DNA of 64,000 nt from a virus (Duplodnaviria > Caudoviricetes): the IMG/VR virus record IMGVR_UViG_3300028549_000365, positions 128,001 to 192,000 of that record. The stretch is one strand, 5' to 3'. Shown one piece after another: positions 15,399 through 25,376 of the stretch (positions are counted from its first letter, which is position 1; the number at the start of each line of letters is the position of its first letter). The notes below the pieces were generated by a model. That model saw only the letters and a list, made by a program, of their open reading frames with translations, made no database searches and was not told the DNA's origin. Made by a program: the position numbers and the translations under genes.

Positions 15399-16250
15399 AT
15401 GAATGAACAAGAAATTGAGTTTAACGAACTTATATTAAATTATATAACTATGTCATACCCAAAAGAGATACAACTACAAGTTTTAGAAATACTAACTTAC
15501 GTAGTTGATAATGGTAGATATGATGAGTTAGAATATAACATATTAGAAATTGTTTTGACAGATAATGAAGATACTGAAGTTGTTATTGGTAATGTAAATA
15601 CTTTAATATACGACGTTATCTTAGATATACTAATAGATAAAGGTATAAAGTTAGATAAACATAAAATAAACTTTAGATATCTGACATATGTTATAGAAAC
15701 TATTACTAACATAGAACATTATAATGAAGTAAACATTAACCCTGTATTAAATCTATTATCAGACGATGAATTAGATAACGAATCAAAGTTAGCTAAAGCT
15801 ATAGAGATGTACACGGTGTGTTCTTGGATAGAGGTTTATGAGATTATAACACACGTTAGTGAAAATTATATTTATAACTTAGCTAAACGATTAGACAACT
15901 TAGAGCAAAGTTTAGTATTAAATATAGAACTATTAGGAAAACACCCAGAGCTTTCTAATACTAATATAGGTAGACTTATTGTTAACTCTGGTGATGATAC
16001 TCCCACACCGGACGAGTTTCTAGGTAGTCTGTATGATATACTAGCTTTAGTAGGTTATAACACAGAAACAGCTGTTACTGAGTTATGTGCGTTTATAGTT
16101 ATGTGTGTAGAGGTTGACGATAAATTACTTTTCTTGGATAAAACTATTAGAGAGGATATTATGTCGCTAACTTCAGATGGATTAATAACTGATACACTAA
16201 TAAGAAACACTAAAGATAAACTTACTACTTATGTACAAGGAGATAATTAA
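15399..16250 (+). CDS. Conserved hypothetical protein upstream of virion RNAP subunit
   Basis: 283 aa, AAGGAG RBS; TAATG stop/start overlap with the next gene. Confidence 0.75.
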   Translation: MNEQEIEFNELILNYITMSYPKEIQLQVLEILTYVVDNGRYDELEYNILEIVLTDNEDTEVVIGNVNTLIYDVILDILIDKGIKLDKHKINFRYLTYVIETITNIEHYNEVNINPVLNLLSDDELDNESKLAKAIEMYTVCSWIEVYEIITHVSENYIYNLAKRLDNLEQSLVLNIELLGKHPELSNTNIGRLIVNSGDDTPTPDEFLGSLYDILALVGYNTETAVTELCAFIVMCVEVDDKLLFLDKTIREDIMSLTSDGLITDTLIRNTKDKLTTYVQGDN

Positions 16251-17524
16251 TGTCAAAGGGTAAATACTTATTATACGCCATCTCAAAAGGTTTTCTAAAG
16301 AACCTAGATTGGTATTATACGTTTTTAACTATAGTTAACTCTGATAACTATAGTAATGAATATATATCAATAGTAAACGGAAAGTTTTTAGTAAAAGTTG
16401 ATGAAGAATTATTGGAGTTAGAAGGATATATTAGTGGTACAGCTGTTTATAGTATAACAGATAAAGTATCACTAGCTAAAAACACTTTAGCTTCAATAAC
16501 AACTGATATAGATACTTCAATAGGATATTTACTACTTAATTATATTTTAGTAGAGTTTCCATTTAATGGTAAGATAGCTTACATAAATGAAAAGTTCTTT
16601 ATAAATAAATACGAGGAACGTGTTGGGGAACTTTTAGCAAATGAAGAGATAACTGTTCCTGAGTATAAGGTGTTTGTTAATAACTGCTCTTTCCTAGAAA
16701 AATTCTCTAGGATTGTTACAGTTTCAGCAACTGAAAAAGGTATAACTCCACCTGAAGGATTAATGGAATATAAGAAAAAGATAACTATCGAATTTGATAA
16801 TAAATATGGTAAGATATGGAGGGAAGACCCACCGAAAGTAGTTGAGTATGAAACATTACTAAAAGAATACATGAATGTATGGTTAAAAGATGATCCAGCC
16901 AATAATAAGTTTTTAGGTGGTAAGATAAAAAACAATGCTATGTTTAAAAAATACTTGTCATTTGGATTAGCTATAGGTTTTGAACAATCAGGAGAGCCAT
17001 TAGTTCAAGTTGATGAATCATTATTAGAAGGTTACCCAAGAGATAAAGTTAAATTAGCTAAGATGTTTAATACATCAAGATCAGCCAGCTTCGACAGAGG
17101 TCATGAAACACAAAAAGGTGGTTCGGTTGCCAAAGATATCTTGAGAGCTACTTCATCAATCACTATAACCGACGGAGACTGTAAAGTAACATATGGTAAA
17201 AAGATAAAGGTGCGAGATAAGCTTATAAAGAATTTAGTAGGCAGATACATTATAGTTAATGGAGTATCAACGCCTATGACTTCTAGTGAAGAGGTAAGTA
17301 AATACACTAATAAGTTTATAGAGATACGATCAACACAATACTGTAAAAGTCCAGGTAATACTTTCTGTAAGGTTTGTGTAGGTCAAGCTTTGGCTAACTA
17401 TAAAACAGGTATATCATTAGTTGAAACACAAATTTCAGCGGCGATACTTATCAACTCTCTTAAGAAGATGCATAATACAACTATATCAACTATAGATATT
17501 GATTTTAGAGACACGATAAAATAA
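16250..17524 (+). CDS. Virion RNA polymerase beta-prime C-terminal subunit (phiKZ gp80-like)
   Basis: Bridge-helix-like SRSASFDRGHETQKGG, Zn site YCKSPGNTFCKVCVG, trigger-loop-like QISAAILINSLKKMH. Confidence 0.82.
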   Translation: MSKGKYLLYAISKGFLKNLDWYYTFLTIVNSDNYSNEYISIVNGKFLVKVDEELLELEGYISGTAVYSITDKVSLAKNTLASITTDIDTSIGYLLLNYILVEFPFNGKIAYINEKFFINKYEERVGELLANEEITVPEYKVFVNNCSFLEKFSRIVTVSATEKGITPPEGLMEYKKKITIEFDNKYGKIWREDPPKVVEYETLLKEYMNVWLKDDPANNKFLGGKIKNNAMFKKYLSFGLAIGFEQSGEPLVQVDESLLEGYPRDKVKLAKMFNTSRSASFDRGHETQKGGSVAKDILRATSSITITDGDCKVTYGKKIKVRDKLIKNLVGRYIIVNGVSTPMTSSEEVSKYTNKFIEIRSTQYCKSPGNTFCKVCVGQALANYKTGISLVETQISAAILINSLKKMHNTTISTIDIDFRDTIK

Positions 17525-17570
17525 TTTTAAAGATAACAATTCAGTAGAATAAATAAACAAGGAGTGCACA

Positions 17571-18293
17571 ATGACAAATAGTAATGAGGATGACATTCTA
17601 GCAATGTTACAAGGTGATGATAAACCGTTCGCTAATACAGCAGCGTTGACTACAACTGAGAAGGAAGATAAAGAGGAAGACGATTTTGATTACTGGGAAA
17701 ATCCAGATGTTAAACCGTTAAAAGTAGACCCAGAAACATTTAAGACTGCTTCTAAATCATTTCTTATAACTACATACACAACAACAGGTGTATTGCCACC
17801 AGAAGTTAGTAAAGAGCTATTCGAACTATCTAAAGCTCTAGTAGCTAAAGGTTTCAGATTTAGACACACTGGTGATGTTCAAGATAAATTACAAAACGAT
17901 ATATTGAAAATTGAAGATATAGAAGTTGATAGTTATTTACCTTGGAAAAAGTTTAACCCAGATATAGCTAACCCACTTATGAAAAAACCAGTTGGTATAG
18001 GTTATAGAATAGCTGCTAACTCTCATAAGATGTTTCCTAAAATGTCTAACGGAATTAGATGTTTGTTAGCTAGAAACGCACACTCTATATTGGGACCTAA
18101 ATGTGTTACACCAGTTACATTTATATTGGCGTACACAGAAGATGGTGCTGAAGGTATTACTAAAGGTATCGATTTTAAAGTAACTGGTAATGTAGCATTC
18201 TTTTTAAAAGTAGCAGAGGATAGTAATGTTCCTGTGTTCAATCTTAAAAAAGAGGGTGCAATTAAAAGATTAATTGAATTCATTCAAAAATAA
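17571..18293 (+). CDS. SLOG/DprA-like phage protein
   Basis: YLPWKKFN, LARNAHSILG, FILAYTEDG, TG..A....PVFNL pattern of the phage DprA/SLOG-like family; acidic N-terminal extension. Confidence 0.6.
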   Translation: MTNSNEDDILAMLQGDDKPFANTAALTTTEKEDKEEDDFDYWENPDVKPLKVDPETFKTASKSFLITTYTTTGVLPPEVSKELFELSKALVAKGFRFRHTGDVQDKLQNDILKIEDIEVDSYLPWKKFNPDIANPLMKKPVGIGYRIAANSHKMFPKMSNGIRCLLARNAHSILGPKCVTPVTFILAYTEDGAEGITKGIDFKVTGNVAFFLKVAEDSNVPVFNLKKEGAIKRLIEFIQK

Positions 18294-18303
18294 GGATAAA
18301 AAA

Positions 18304-19119
18304 ATGGCTAGAGATAATAAGTATAATAAAACACCTATTGTAGAAGGTGAGGAAGTAGAAACTGCTGAAGTTATTCAACAGTTACCAGAAGATGAAGTAT
18401 TACCAGAGGAAGATGGAATTGGTGCTGAAGTAGTGGAAACCCAATATAATACTGAAACACCAGAAGAGGTAATTGAACAAGAATCTGATAAAGGTGGTAT
18501 GCCAGAAACTGAACAACCTGTACAGGAAGATGAGAAACAACCTGAGACAATAATTGATAAACTGGCTAAACCACAAGTGGTAGAAACTCCTGTTATTGTT
18601 GATATGATGAATGTAGATGCTATTGCTGAGTTATTAACTCAACCAGGTATGACGATACATGATAAGCTTGTAAATATATCTAGAAATGGAGTACCTACTA
18701 TTAGTAAAGTAGCTTCTAAACTTATAGATTACAACACAGAGTTAAATCCTGCTCAACCAGCTAGAGATACTAAATTTTTAGCTAATAAGAACTATGATTT
18801 ATATAACACTATAAAATCTGTTATTGAAACTCCAGATTATGCTACATTCAAATTAAGATTTGATATAGTTAATCTTGCATTCAAAGCGTTCGGAAAAGAA
18901 GCGTTCAATGAGTATCTTTTAAGAAGAGGTGTTGAATCATGGACTTGGGGGACTAAATCATTTAACACATATACATCTATTGTGTCAGCGGTAGCTATTT
19001 TATGTGATTTGTCAACTAGATCTAAAAACGTTTCTAAAATAGACTTTAAGAAATTACTTAACGATTCTACTATTAACGAACTAGGTAGAGAGAACATTAA
19101 AAAGTATTATGATCAATAG
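18304..19119 (+). CDS. Conserved phiKZ-like hypothetical protein, acidic N-terminus
   Basis: Start at 18304 (AAGGA RBS); E-rich disordered N-terminus and helical C-terminus. Confidence 0.7.
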   Translation: MARDNKYNKTPIVEGEEVETAEVIQQLPEDEVLPEEDGIGAEVVETQYNTETPEEVIEQESDKGGMPETEQPVQEDEKQPETIIDKLAKPQVVETPVIVDMMNVDAIAELLTQPGMTIHDKLVNISRNGVPTISKVASKLIDYNTELNPAQPARDTKFLANKNYDLYNTIKSVIETPDYATFKLRFDIVNLAFKAFGKEAFNEYLLRRGVESWTWGTKSFNTYTSIVSAVAILCDLSTRSKNVSKIDFKKLLNDSTINELGRENIKKYYDQ

Positions 19120-19125
19120 TACATT

Positions 19126-19161
19126 ATAACTACATACGACCATATGGTCGTATGTAGTTAT
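19126..19161. terminator. Perfect 36-bp palindrome
   Basis: ATAACTACATACGACCAT/ATGGTCGTATGTAGTTAT with no loop. Confidence 0.7.
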
Positions 19162-19244
19162 ATCCACTATATTTCAACCCTATATTATAAATGTAATATT
19201 AGGGAACTAACCTAATAAAAAATAACAAAAACAAAGGATATAAA

Positions 19245-20039
19245 ATGGCATTAAAAGGAACAGACGGAGTTATCAACGGAGCAGCTATTGAAACACCAAA
19301 CGAAGATAAAGCGGAACAAACAACAAGTGAATGTGTTGTTAAAGATTATACAGCTGAGTTAGCTGTAATAGTGTCTCTTATTACAACACTTGAAAAAGTA
19401 ATATTAGATGGAAAAGCTACTGATAAAGAACTCATGGTTGCTATTGGTGCATGTAACGCTGGTATTATGACAGTAGCTGGTGATATTGAAATGATCAAAT
19501 GTTCATTCATGTCAACTACTATAGGATGGACTAGTCTAATCACAACAATGGCTATGAGTAGAGATATCGACGCATTTAGTGGACTAGTTACGTTAGCTAT
19601 TCATGGGTACAATTTAGATAACTACGAGGAGTTGATGAAACTAGTAGACCCAACTAAAGCTGATAGTATTCATGTGTTGGATAAATTCTTCGCTAACGGT
19701 AGTTTAGGTACAAGAGAAAATTTTGTAACTGTTATTAAAGCTAGAGTTGAAACATTACGTGCTGGTAAAGAAGAAAATGTAAAAGCAGCTTCGTCAGACC
19801 AAGATATAGAAGATGTATTAAAAGAGGCTGAAGACAGTTTGAATGAAGCTAAAGCTAAAGTTAAAGCTACATTAGAAGCTATAGCTACAAACAAAACAAA
19901 CAATGACAGCTCATCTACATCTATTGGTGATATAGCGTTGGGTGTTGGTGGTATTGTAGTTGCTGGGTTAGCGTTATATGCTGGATATTGTTACTTCTTC
20001 GACGGGTGTCGTGATGATGATACAATTGTTATAGATTAA
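19245..20039 (+). CDS. Hypothetical protein with C-terminal TM helix
   Basis: 264 aa; IALGVGGIVVAGLALYAGYCYFF near the C-terminus. Confidence 0.75.
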   Translation: MALKGTDGVINGAAIETPNEDKAEQTTSECVVKDYTAELAVIVSLITTLEKVILDGKATDKELMVAIGACNAGIMTVAGDIEMIKCSFMSTTIGWTSLITTMAMSRDIDAFSGLVTLAIHGYNLDNYEELMKLVDPTKADSIHVLDKFFANGSLGTRENFVTVIKARVETLRAGKEENVKAASSDQDIEDVLKEAEDSLNEAKAKVKATLEAIATNKTNNDSSSTSIGDIALGVGGIVVAGLALYAGYCYFFDGCRDDDTIVID

Positions 20040-20043
20040 CAAT

Positions 20044-20071
20044 CTTAGTTAGACCTATAGGTCTAACTAAG
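20044..20071. terminator. Perfect 28-bp palindrome at convergent stops
   Basis: CTTAGTTAGACCTA/TAGGTCTAACTAAG. Confidence 0.7.
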
Positions 20072-20394
20072 CTGCATATTTTTTTTCTATTAAATATTCT
20101 TCTATATCGTATAAGGTAGGTAAGTTTAACATAGTGTTACTATACTCTAAAGCGTTTACTTTACCAAATAATAAGTTTATATTTTGTAATCTAAACACAC
20201 TTAGAGGTATATCGCCAATAGATTTAACTTCTTTTATAGTTGTGTCTTTACTAACGTTAGCTGCCATACCGTTAGACGGATATCCACTAACTTGGTCGGA
20301 GTCAGAAATAAACTTTCTAGCATTAGTATGTATACCACTACCAGGTATTAACTCAACTCCTATATCTTTTATTCTATAAGAAGAAAGCAGAATA
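20067..20394 (-). CDS. DNA polymerase subunit (phiKZ gp82-like), exon 2
   Basis: Frame reads (IL)LSSYRIKDIG...DSDQVSGYPSNGMAANVSKDTT, a PolB motif A-like DxxSxYPS. 5-prime boundary is 20394 or 20387. Confidence 0.75.
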
Positions 20395-22035
20395 CGAACA
20401 TTCAGTATAACTCGTTATGTAACTGTATAGTTACGTTATACCAGCACCACGACGTGCCTCTATGCCTTTCGTTAAGGTAACTCTGTTACCGCATAGTCTA
20501 GACTATATCTTTATCCTACGTTATCACATCGTAGGATATCTACCACTTTGTCTTTAAGGGGATTACCCCACCACTTGGCGCTACTCCCAGCTACGGGATA
20601 GTCGTTGAACGTTGCTCTATTCGAGCCTTCGCTGCTGATTTCCGATTACACCTGGTCTCAACCAGTAGCTACTAACAGTTGATAAGACTGCCTAGTTATA
20701 CTTTCGATATAGATGTTGACCACTTAAGATCATATGTTAGTTTTTCAAGCGTTCACACTTAGAGCTATTCGCTCTTATGTTGTAGCACTAACATCTTTAC
20801 GGGTTCCCAGACAGTTCAATAGATTATCACTATATATTACTATATAGTGGGACTATTAATATAATTGTCTTTTATGCGATTTAAACTATTATAGTCTAAG
20901 TCTTTAAATGGAGTTTGATCATGTTCGTATTTAAATAAGAACTGTTTAACAGGTTTATTAATATTGTAACGACACGCGTTACTTATAGAGGTTGTGTTCA
21001 CACCAGTTATTTTAGCCATAGCCATTATATTATCAGCAATAATAAGTTCGTTACTCATAACATTCTTACCTAGTATTTTACGTCTAATACCTTCATTATT
21101 TTTATTTAAAATAATGTCGTCCCAAGAACTATCTTTTCTTTTAAATATGTAACCATCTGGAAAAAACTTCTGTGGTCTATTTAATCTGTTAGTTATGGTA
21201 CTATGAGGTAAGTTTATATCTCTACTACATTCAGCTATAGAAATATATTCTTTTACTATACCGGTATTAATATTCTTTATAGATATACCTACAACACTAT
21301 TTGGTGTTAAACCATTATTTATAGCATGAATATTATTATCTCGTTTAGTTACCCATTCTAAATTATCTAAGTCATCATCTCCTGGTGTACCGTTCTTGTG
21401 GTTAATTACTAGTTTGTTAGGGTCAGTAGTGTAGTCTATAAAGGTTAATCCGACAGCGCGGTGTCTAGCCAAAGCTGTGTTATTTCCAATATCATTAGTA
21501 ACACTTGTCCGTTTATAACCACTAGTTATATTCTTAATATTAATTATACCTGGTTTAGCTATATGCCAAAGTTTTATTCTGTTTGATAACAAACTATATA
21601 AGTCCAAATTAGCTGATATTAGATAATTGGTGTGGTACGGTATATAATAAAATCCTTTTATAGTTGTGTGTTCAATTAGACACGCGAATTTATAAAATAT
21701 ATTATTAATATATGTATTATATCGGTTATTATCAATATAACACACTAATACATCTTTAATATTTGCTATAGGTATATTAATATTATACACCGTCACAATC
21801 ACAACTAACCCGAATTCATAATACAATGTACCATAAACCCAATCTAATTTAATCTTTTTAACCCCGTTAATTATTTCTGTTTTAATCATGTCTCCATTTA
21901 AAGTATAAATACAGTTATCTTCTTTATTGTATATGTATTTATCACTATGTTTTATCTTAATCGTATTATTCATGTTATCTCCTATTATTCATATAATAGT
22001 TAGATCTTCATGATTCGTAAATCATATTATTTTTA
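20388..22035 (-). mobile_element. Group I intron with HNH homing endonuclease
   Basis: Minus-strand core elements: P AACTGTCTGGGAACCC, Q AATCAGCAGCGAAG, R GTTCAACGACTA, S AAGATATAGTCTAG. Separates two in-frame halves of one gene; boundaries uncertain by up to 7 nt. Confidence 0.88.
20840..21973 (-). CDS. Intron-encoded HNH homing endonuclease
   Basis: INHKNGTPGDDDLDNLEWVTKRDNNIHA HNH motif; C-terminal NUMOD1-like HTH repeats (SIAECSRDINL; NIMAMAKITGV). Confidence 0.9.
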   Translation of the reverse strand: MNNTIKIKHSDKYIYNKEDNCIYTLNGDMIKTEIINGVKKIKLDWVYGTLYYEFGLVVIVTVYNINIPIANIKDVLVCYIDNNRYNTYINNIFYKFACLIEHTTIKGFYYIPYHTNYLISANLDLYSLLSNRIKLWHIAKPGIINIKNITSGYKRTSVTNDIGNNTALARHRAVGLTFIDYTTDPNKLVINHKNGTPGDDDLDNLEWVTKRDNNIHAINNGLTPNSVVGISIKNINTGIVKEYISIAECSRDINLPHSTITNRLNRPQKFFPDGYIFKRKDSSWDDIILNKNNEGIRRKILGKNVMSNELIIADNIMAMAKITGVNTTSISNACRYNINKPVKQFLFKYEHDQTPFKDLDYNSLNRIKDNYINSPTI

Positions 22036-23417
22036 ATCCAGTCTCCTAATCCCAAAAGTCCTACGTTATCTTCATACTTACTAGGTTTACAAGCTAACAC
22101 TCTTCCTTTATCTAAGTAGAAGAAATGTAACGCGTCTATAATTCGTTTTGGTCCAGAACTAAATACATCATACCCACTACCCATACTAAGCATACTTATA
22201 ATGTGTGATAAATCTTTTGTCTTAGCATCTAACTCTAACATAGAAATATTATCCCATTGATTGTATATGATATATTCTAGTGGTTTTTCAGCTACCATAT
22301 ATAGATGCCACTCTAAACCTTTAAGACTGTTAGTCTTTTCGTCGTCAAACTTAAGTTTACCAAGTTTAGCACCTAATTCTTGTTTAAGAATGTTATCTAA
22401 ACCGTAGCCACCGGGAACAGTCTTACCACCAACTCTAACATATCTATGCGTAGAAGCTGCGTCTATCCACCAGAAGCTAGCTGGACAGTTAACCCAGTGC
22501 CATTGTTCTTCCATGTTAATAGGCTTAAACTTACCACTCTCGGTAGTTTTTTGTTTAGGTCCTTCCATGTATTTAAAATATTTCAAATTATCAGGAAGAC
22601 TAGGATCTGAGAATATATCTTTAGGCAATACATTATATTTCTCACACACCTCTAACATCTTAGGTATATCATATCCTATGTTCCAAATAGCTATAAAATC
22701 TGGTTTCCATAAATGTGCTACTTCTAACACTTTAGTAATACACTCCATTTGATTTTCTACTACTACATATGTTTTTTCTATATTGCTAGCTATAGGTGTT
22801 TTAGGTACATACTTATTATAGAGATAACGAAGCTTTTCGTCAAACTTCTTTTGTAATTTTACTACGTCAGTTTCTGTAGCTACTTTCTTTAAAAGTAACG
22901 ACTTATTTATAACAGTATATATCTTATCGTTCATGGATAAAGATATAATAATTATCTCGTCGTTAATAGTATCAGTTTCTATATCGAATGTAGCTACTTT
23001 ATTTTCAGATATTGCATCAGGGTATTTAGAAAGATACTGGTGTTTTATATATGTTTTACCACTAACATCAATTCCATAAACATATGGATTATCTTTTATA
23101 AACCTAGTATCTCTATTTCCGACATATCTAGGTCCTAATCGCTTAGCTATATCTGTATAAAGATTAGATTCTGTACATGTGTATTTATTAACACGGTCAA
23201 GATCTTCTGCTTCTTTTTTATCTTTATGTGTTCTATATGGTTCTTTAGTTACCCAATATGGTCTTTTGAAGTTACTTATGGTTCTTAAAGCTTGTTCAGT
23301 TGTTCCGTCTTTATAATGCATAACTTCTTTTATAACGTAAGTGTCATCTCTGTAATCATCTATTTGTGGTAGGTGAAACACGTGTTTACATTCACGCCCT
23401 ACTATTTCTTTTTCCAT
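22035..23417 (-). CDS. DNA polymerase subunit with 3-5 exonuclease domain (phiKZ gp82-like), exon 1
   Basis: ExoI TFDIETD, ExoII WNIGYD, ExoIII YNQWD; reading continues after the intron. Confidence 0.82.
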
Positions 23418-23499
23418 ATAGTCTCCTTAATTAGGTATCGATTAATTGTCTATTTTCAAATATTGTGTGCACTTATTTGAAAATACATAAGGAACTACA

Positions 23500-24951
23500 A
23501 TGACTACACTAGCTAACTTGCTTTCAAAACAGAAAGTTTCCATATCAACAGAGATGATATCACCGCAGTATAATGACTACGTTGTGCATCTATTAGTAAA
23601 ACAGTTTAACCTATTAATAGACACATGTGTTTCTAATAGTTTATTCGGTCAAAATATATATAGAAGTAAGCTTTCTATTACAATAATAAATGAGATTGAC
23701 TCTATACTATTTAAAAGATTTGGTATAAAGTTTGAACATATCTACGGAAAGAATAGTGGGTATGCTGTTATGTCAGTGCCACCTAAGAAGTTCAACGTAC
23801 TTAAAGATGATATAGAAGAAAACTATGATATCATAAAGCGGTTATTGAAAGATGATACTACCGAACATAAAAAAGATATTAACAAGAAACTTAATTTTGA
23901 GAAGGATGTTAATATAGTAATGAAGAGTTGGGTTAAATCTGTAGACTTATTAGAAAAACAACTTAACGCGAAAGAAGTTACTATAAACCTTTCAAAGGCA
24001 ACTATAGAGAAATTACCAGAAGACTATCTAGTATATTTACTTAGTGACTTTAGTGTTTTAATACACGACTGTAAGTTATCAGCAAGAGAGCTTACAGCTG
24101 TATTATTACACGAAGTAGGACATGAGTATACACATATGGAATACTCATTGAGAACAGTTAGAAATACAGCTGTGTTAGTAGATACTATAAACGCTGAGTT
24201 AAAAGATGATGTTTCTTTTAAAGAGGCTATTGATATTACATACAGAAAAGTATATGATGGAAAAGATGATTCTAACAATACAATTACTGGCGTATTACGT
24301 TTATTGGATACTTATGTTAAATCAACATTTATAATGGGCGAGAATACACATAGTAAGACAGATAGTGAACAGTTAGCTGATCAATTCGCTGGGCGTTTCC
24401 AATTAGGCATGGAACTAACTACAGCAGTAGGTAAGCTTAATGCTTACAATATAAAACTTACTAATGATATGACTTATATTATGTTATATAGTCAATTGAT
24501 GTATATGACTATATTTAGTTTAATATTATATGGAAGTTTATTTATGGGAGGTGCTTTGTTATTGGGAGGGATAGTGATAGGTCTAGTTTTAACACTAGTA
24601 TTTGACTTATTAGGTGGACTAATAACATCAGGTGGTATGATATACGGTATGACTTATGACTATGATAAACAAAGATTTATTAGAATAAGAAATGAGATAG
24701 TTAGACAGTTAAGAACATCTAATCTACCTAAGGAAGTCATTGTAGAAAGATTGTCAGACATTAGACGTATAGACGATCTTATAGCATTAGCCCCAGATGA
24801 AAAAGATAAAGAGTCAAGTTTAACTATGTATCTAAGAGGTATGTTACCAGGAGCTAAAGCATTAGTTGAAACTAAATTGTTAGACCAACTAACAGAAAAC
24901 TTACTAGAGAATGATTTACATATCGCTAGTAACAAATTAAAAACATTATAG
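23500..24951 (+). CDS. Virion protein with HEXXH zincin motif and hydrophobic segment (phiKZ gp84-like)
   Basis: LLHEVGHEYTH; EQLADQFA; long hydrophobic stretch in the C-terminal third. Confidence 0.7.
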   Translation: MTTLANLLSKQKVSISTEMISPQYNDYVVHLLVKQFNLLIDTCVSNSLFGQNIYRSKLSITIINEIDSILFKRFGIKFEHIYGKNSGYAVMSVPPKKFNVLKDDIEENYDIIKRLLKDDTTEHKKDINKKLNFEKDVNIVMKSWVKSVDLLEKQLNAKEVTINLSKATIEKLPEDYLVYLLSDFSVLIHDCKLSARELTAVLLHEVGHEYTHMEYSLRTVRNTAVLVDTINAELKDDVSFKEAIDITYRKVYDGKDDSNNTITGVLRLLDTYVKSTFIMGENTHSKTDSEQLADQFAGRFQLGMELTTAVGKLNAYNIKLTNDMTYIMLYSQLMYMTIFSLILYGSLFMGGALLLGGIVIGLVLTLVFDLLGGLITSGGMIYGMTYDYDKQRFIRIRNEIVRQLRTSNLPKEVIVERLSDIRRIDDLIALAPDEKDKESSLTMYLRGMLPGAKALVETKLLDQLTENLLENDLHIASNKLKTL

Positions 24952-24959
24952 GAGACACC

Positions 24960-25367
24960 ATGAGAATAGTAGGTAATGAAAGAATAAGATTAAGTAAGTT
25001 GTTAACACAAACTGATGCAACTAGAAGAGATGTAGCTATGTTCGCGGTAGCGTATGCGTTAGTTGTTAACAAAGCTATACCAAAAGTAGACACATATGTA
25101 GAGGTTAAGAAATTGACTGAATATTTCTGCGAGATAGCTATTTTAGATAGAGTTAAACTTGAACTGTATATTAAGAACACATTAAGTTATTTTAACTTAG
25201 AATCTAATATAGATAACTCAGTTCTACAAGGTGATACTATTGAGGATATGTTATATGTTAACAAATACATAGGTAAAGAACTTATAGCCGCTGCTAACAA
25301 TAATATTAATCTATTTTTAGATATAGTTTCTATTATACCAAGAGCGATAGCTAGTGATAAACAATAA
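24960..25367 (+). CDS. Putative virion protein
   Basis: 135 aa, AGGAG RBS, in structural operon. Confidence 0.65.
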   Translation: MRIVGNERIRLSKLLTQTDATRRDVAMFAVAYALVVNKAIPKVDTYVEVKKLTEYFCEIAILDRVKLELYIKNTLSYFNLESNIDNSVLQGDTIEDMLYVNKYIGKELIAAANNNINLFLDIVSIIPRAIASDKQ

Positions 25368-25376
25368 GGAGCATAC

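Noticed and set aside
20067-20267. 66-aa stand-alone gene
   Set aside because: It is the distal part of exon 2 of the intron-split DNA polymerase subunit; the frame extends upstream to the intron end.
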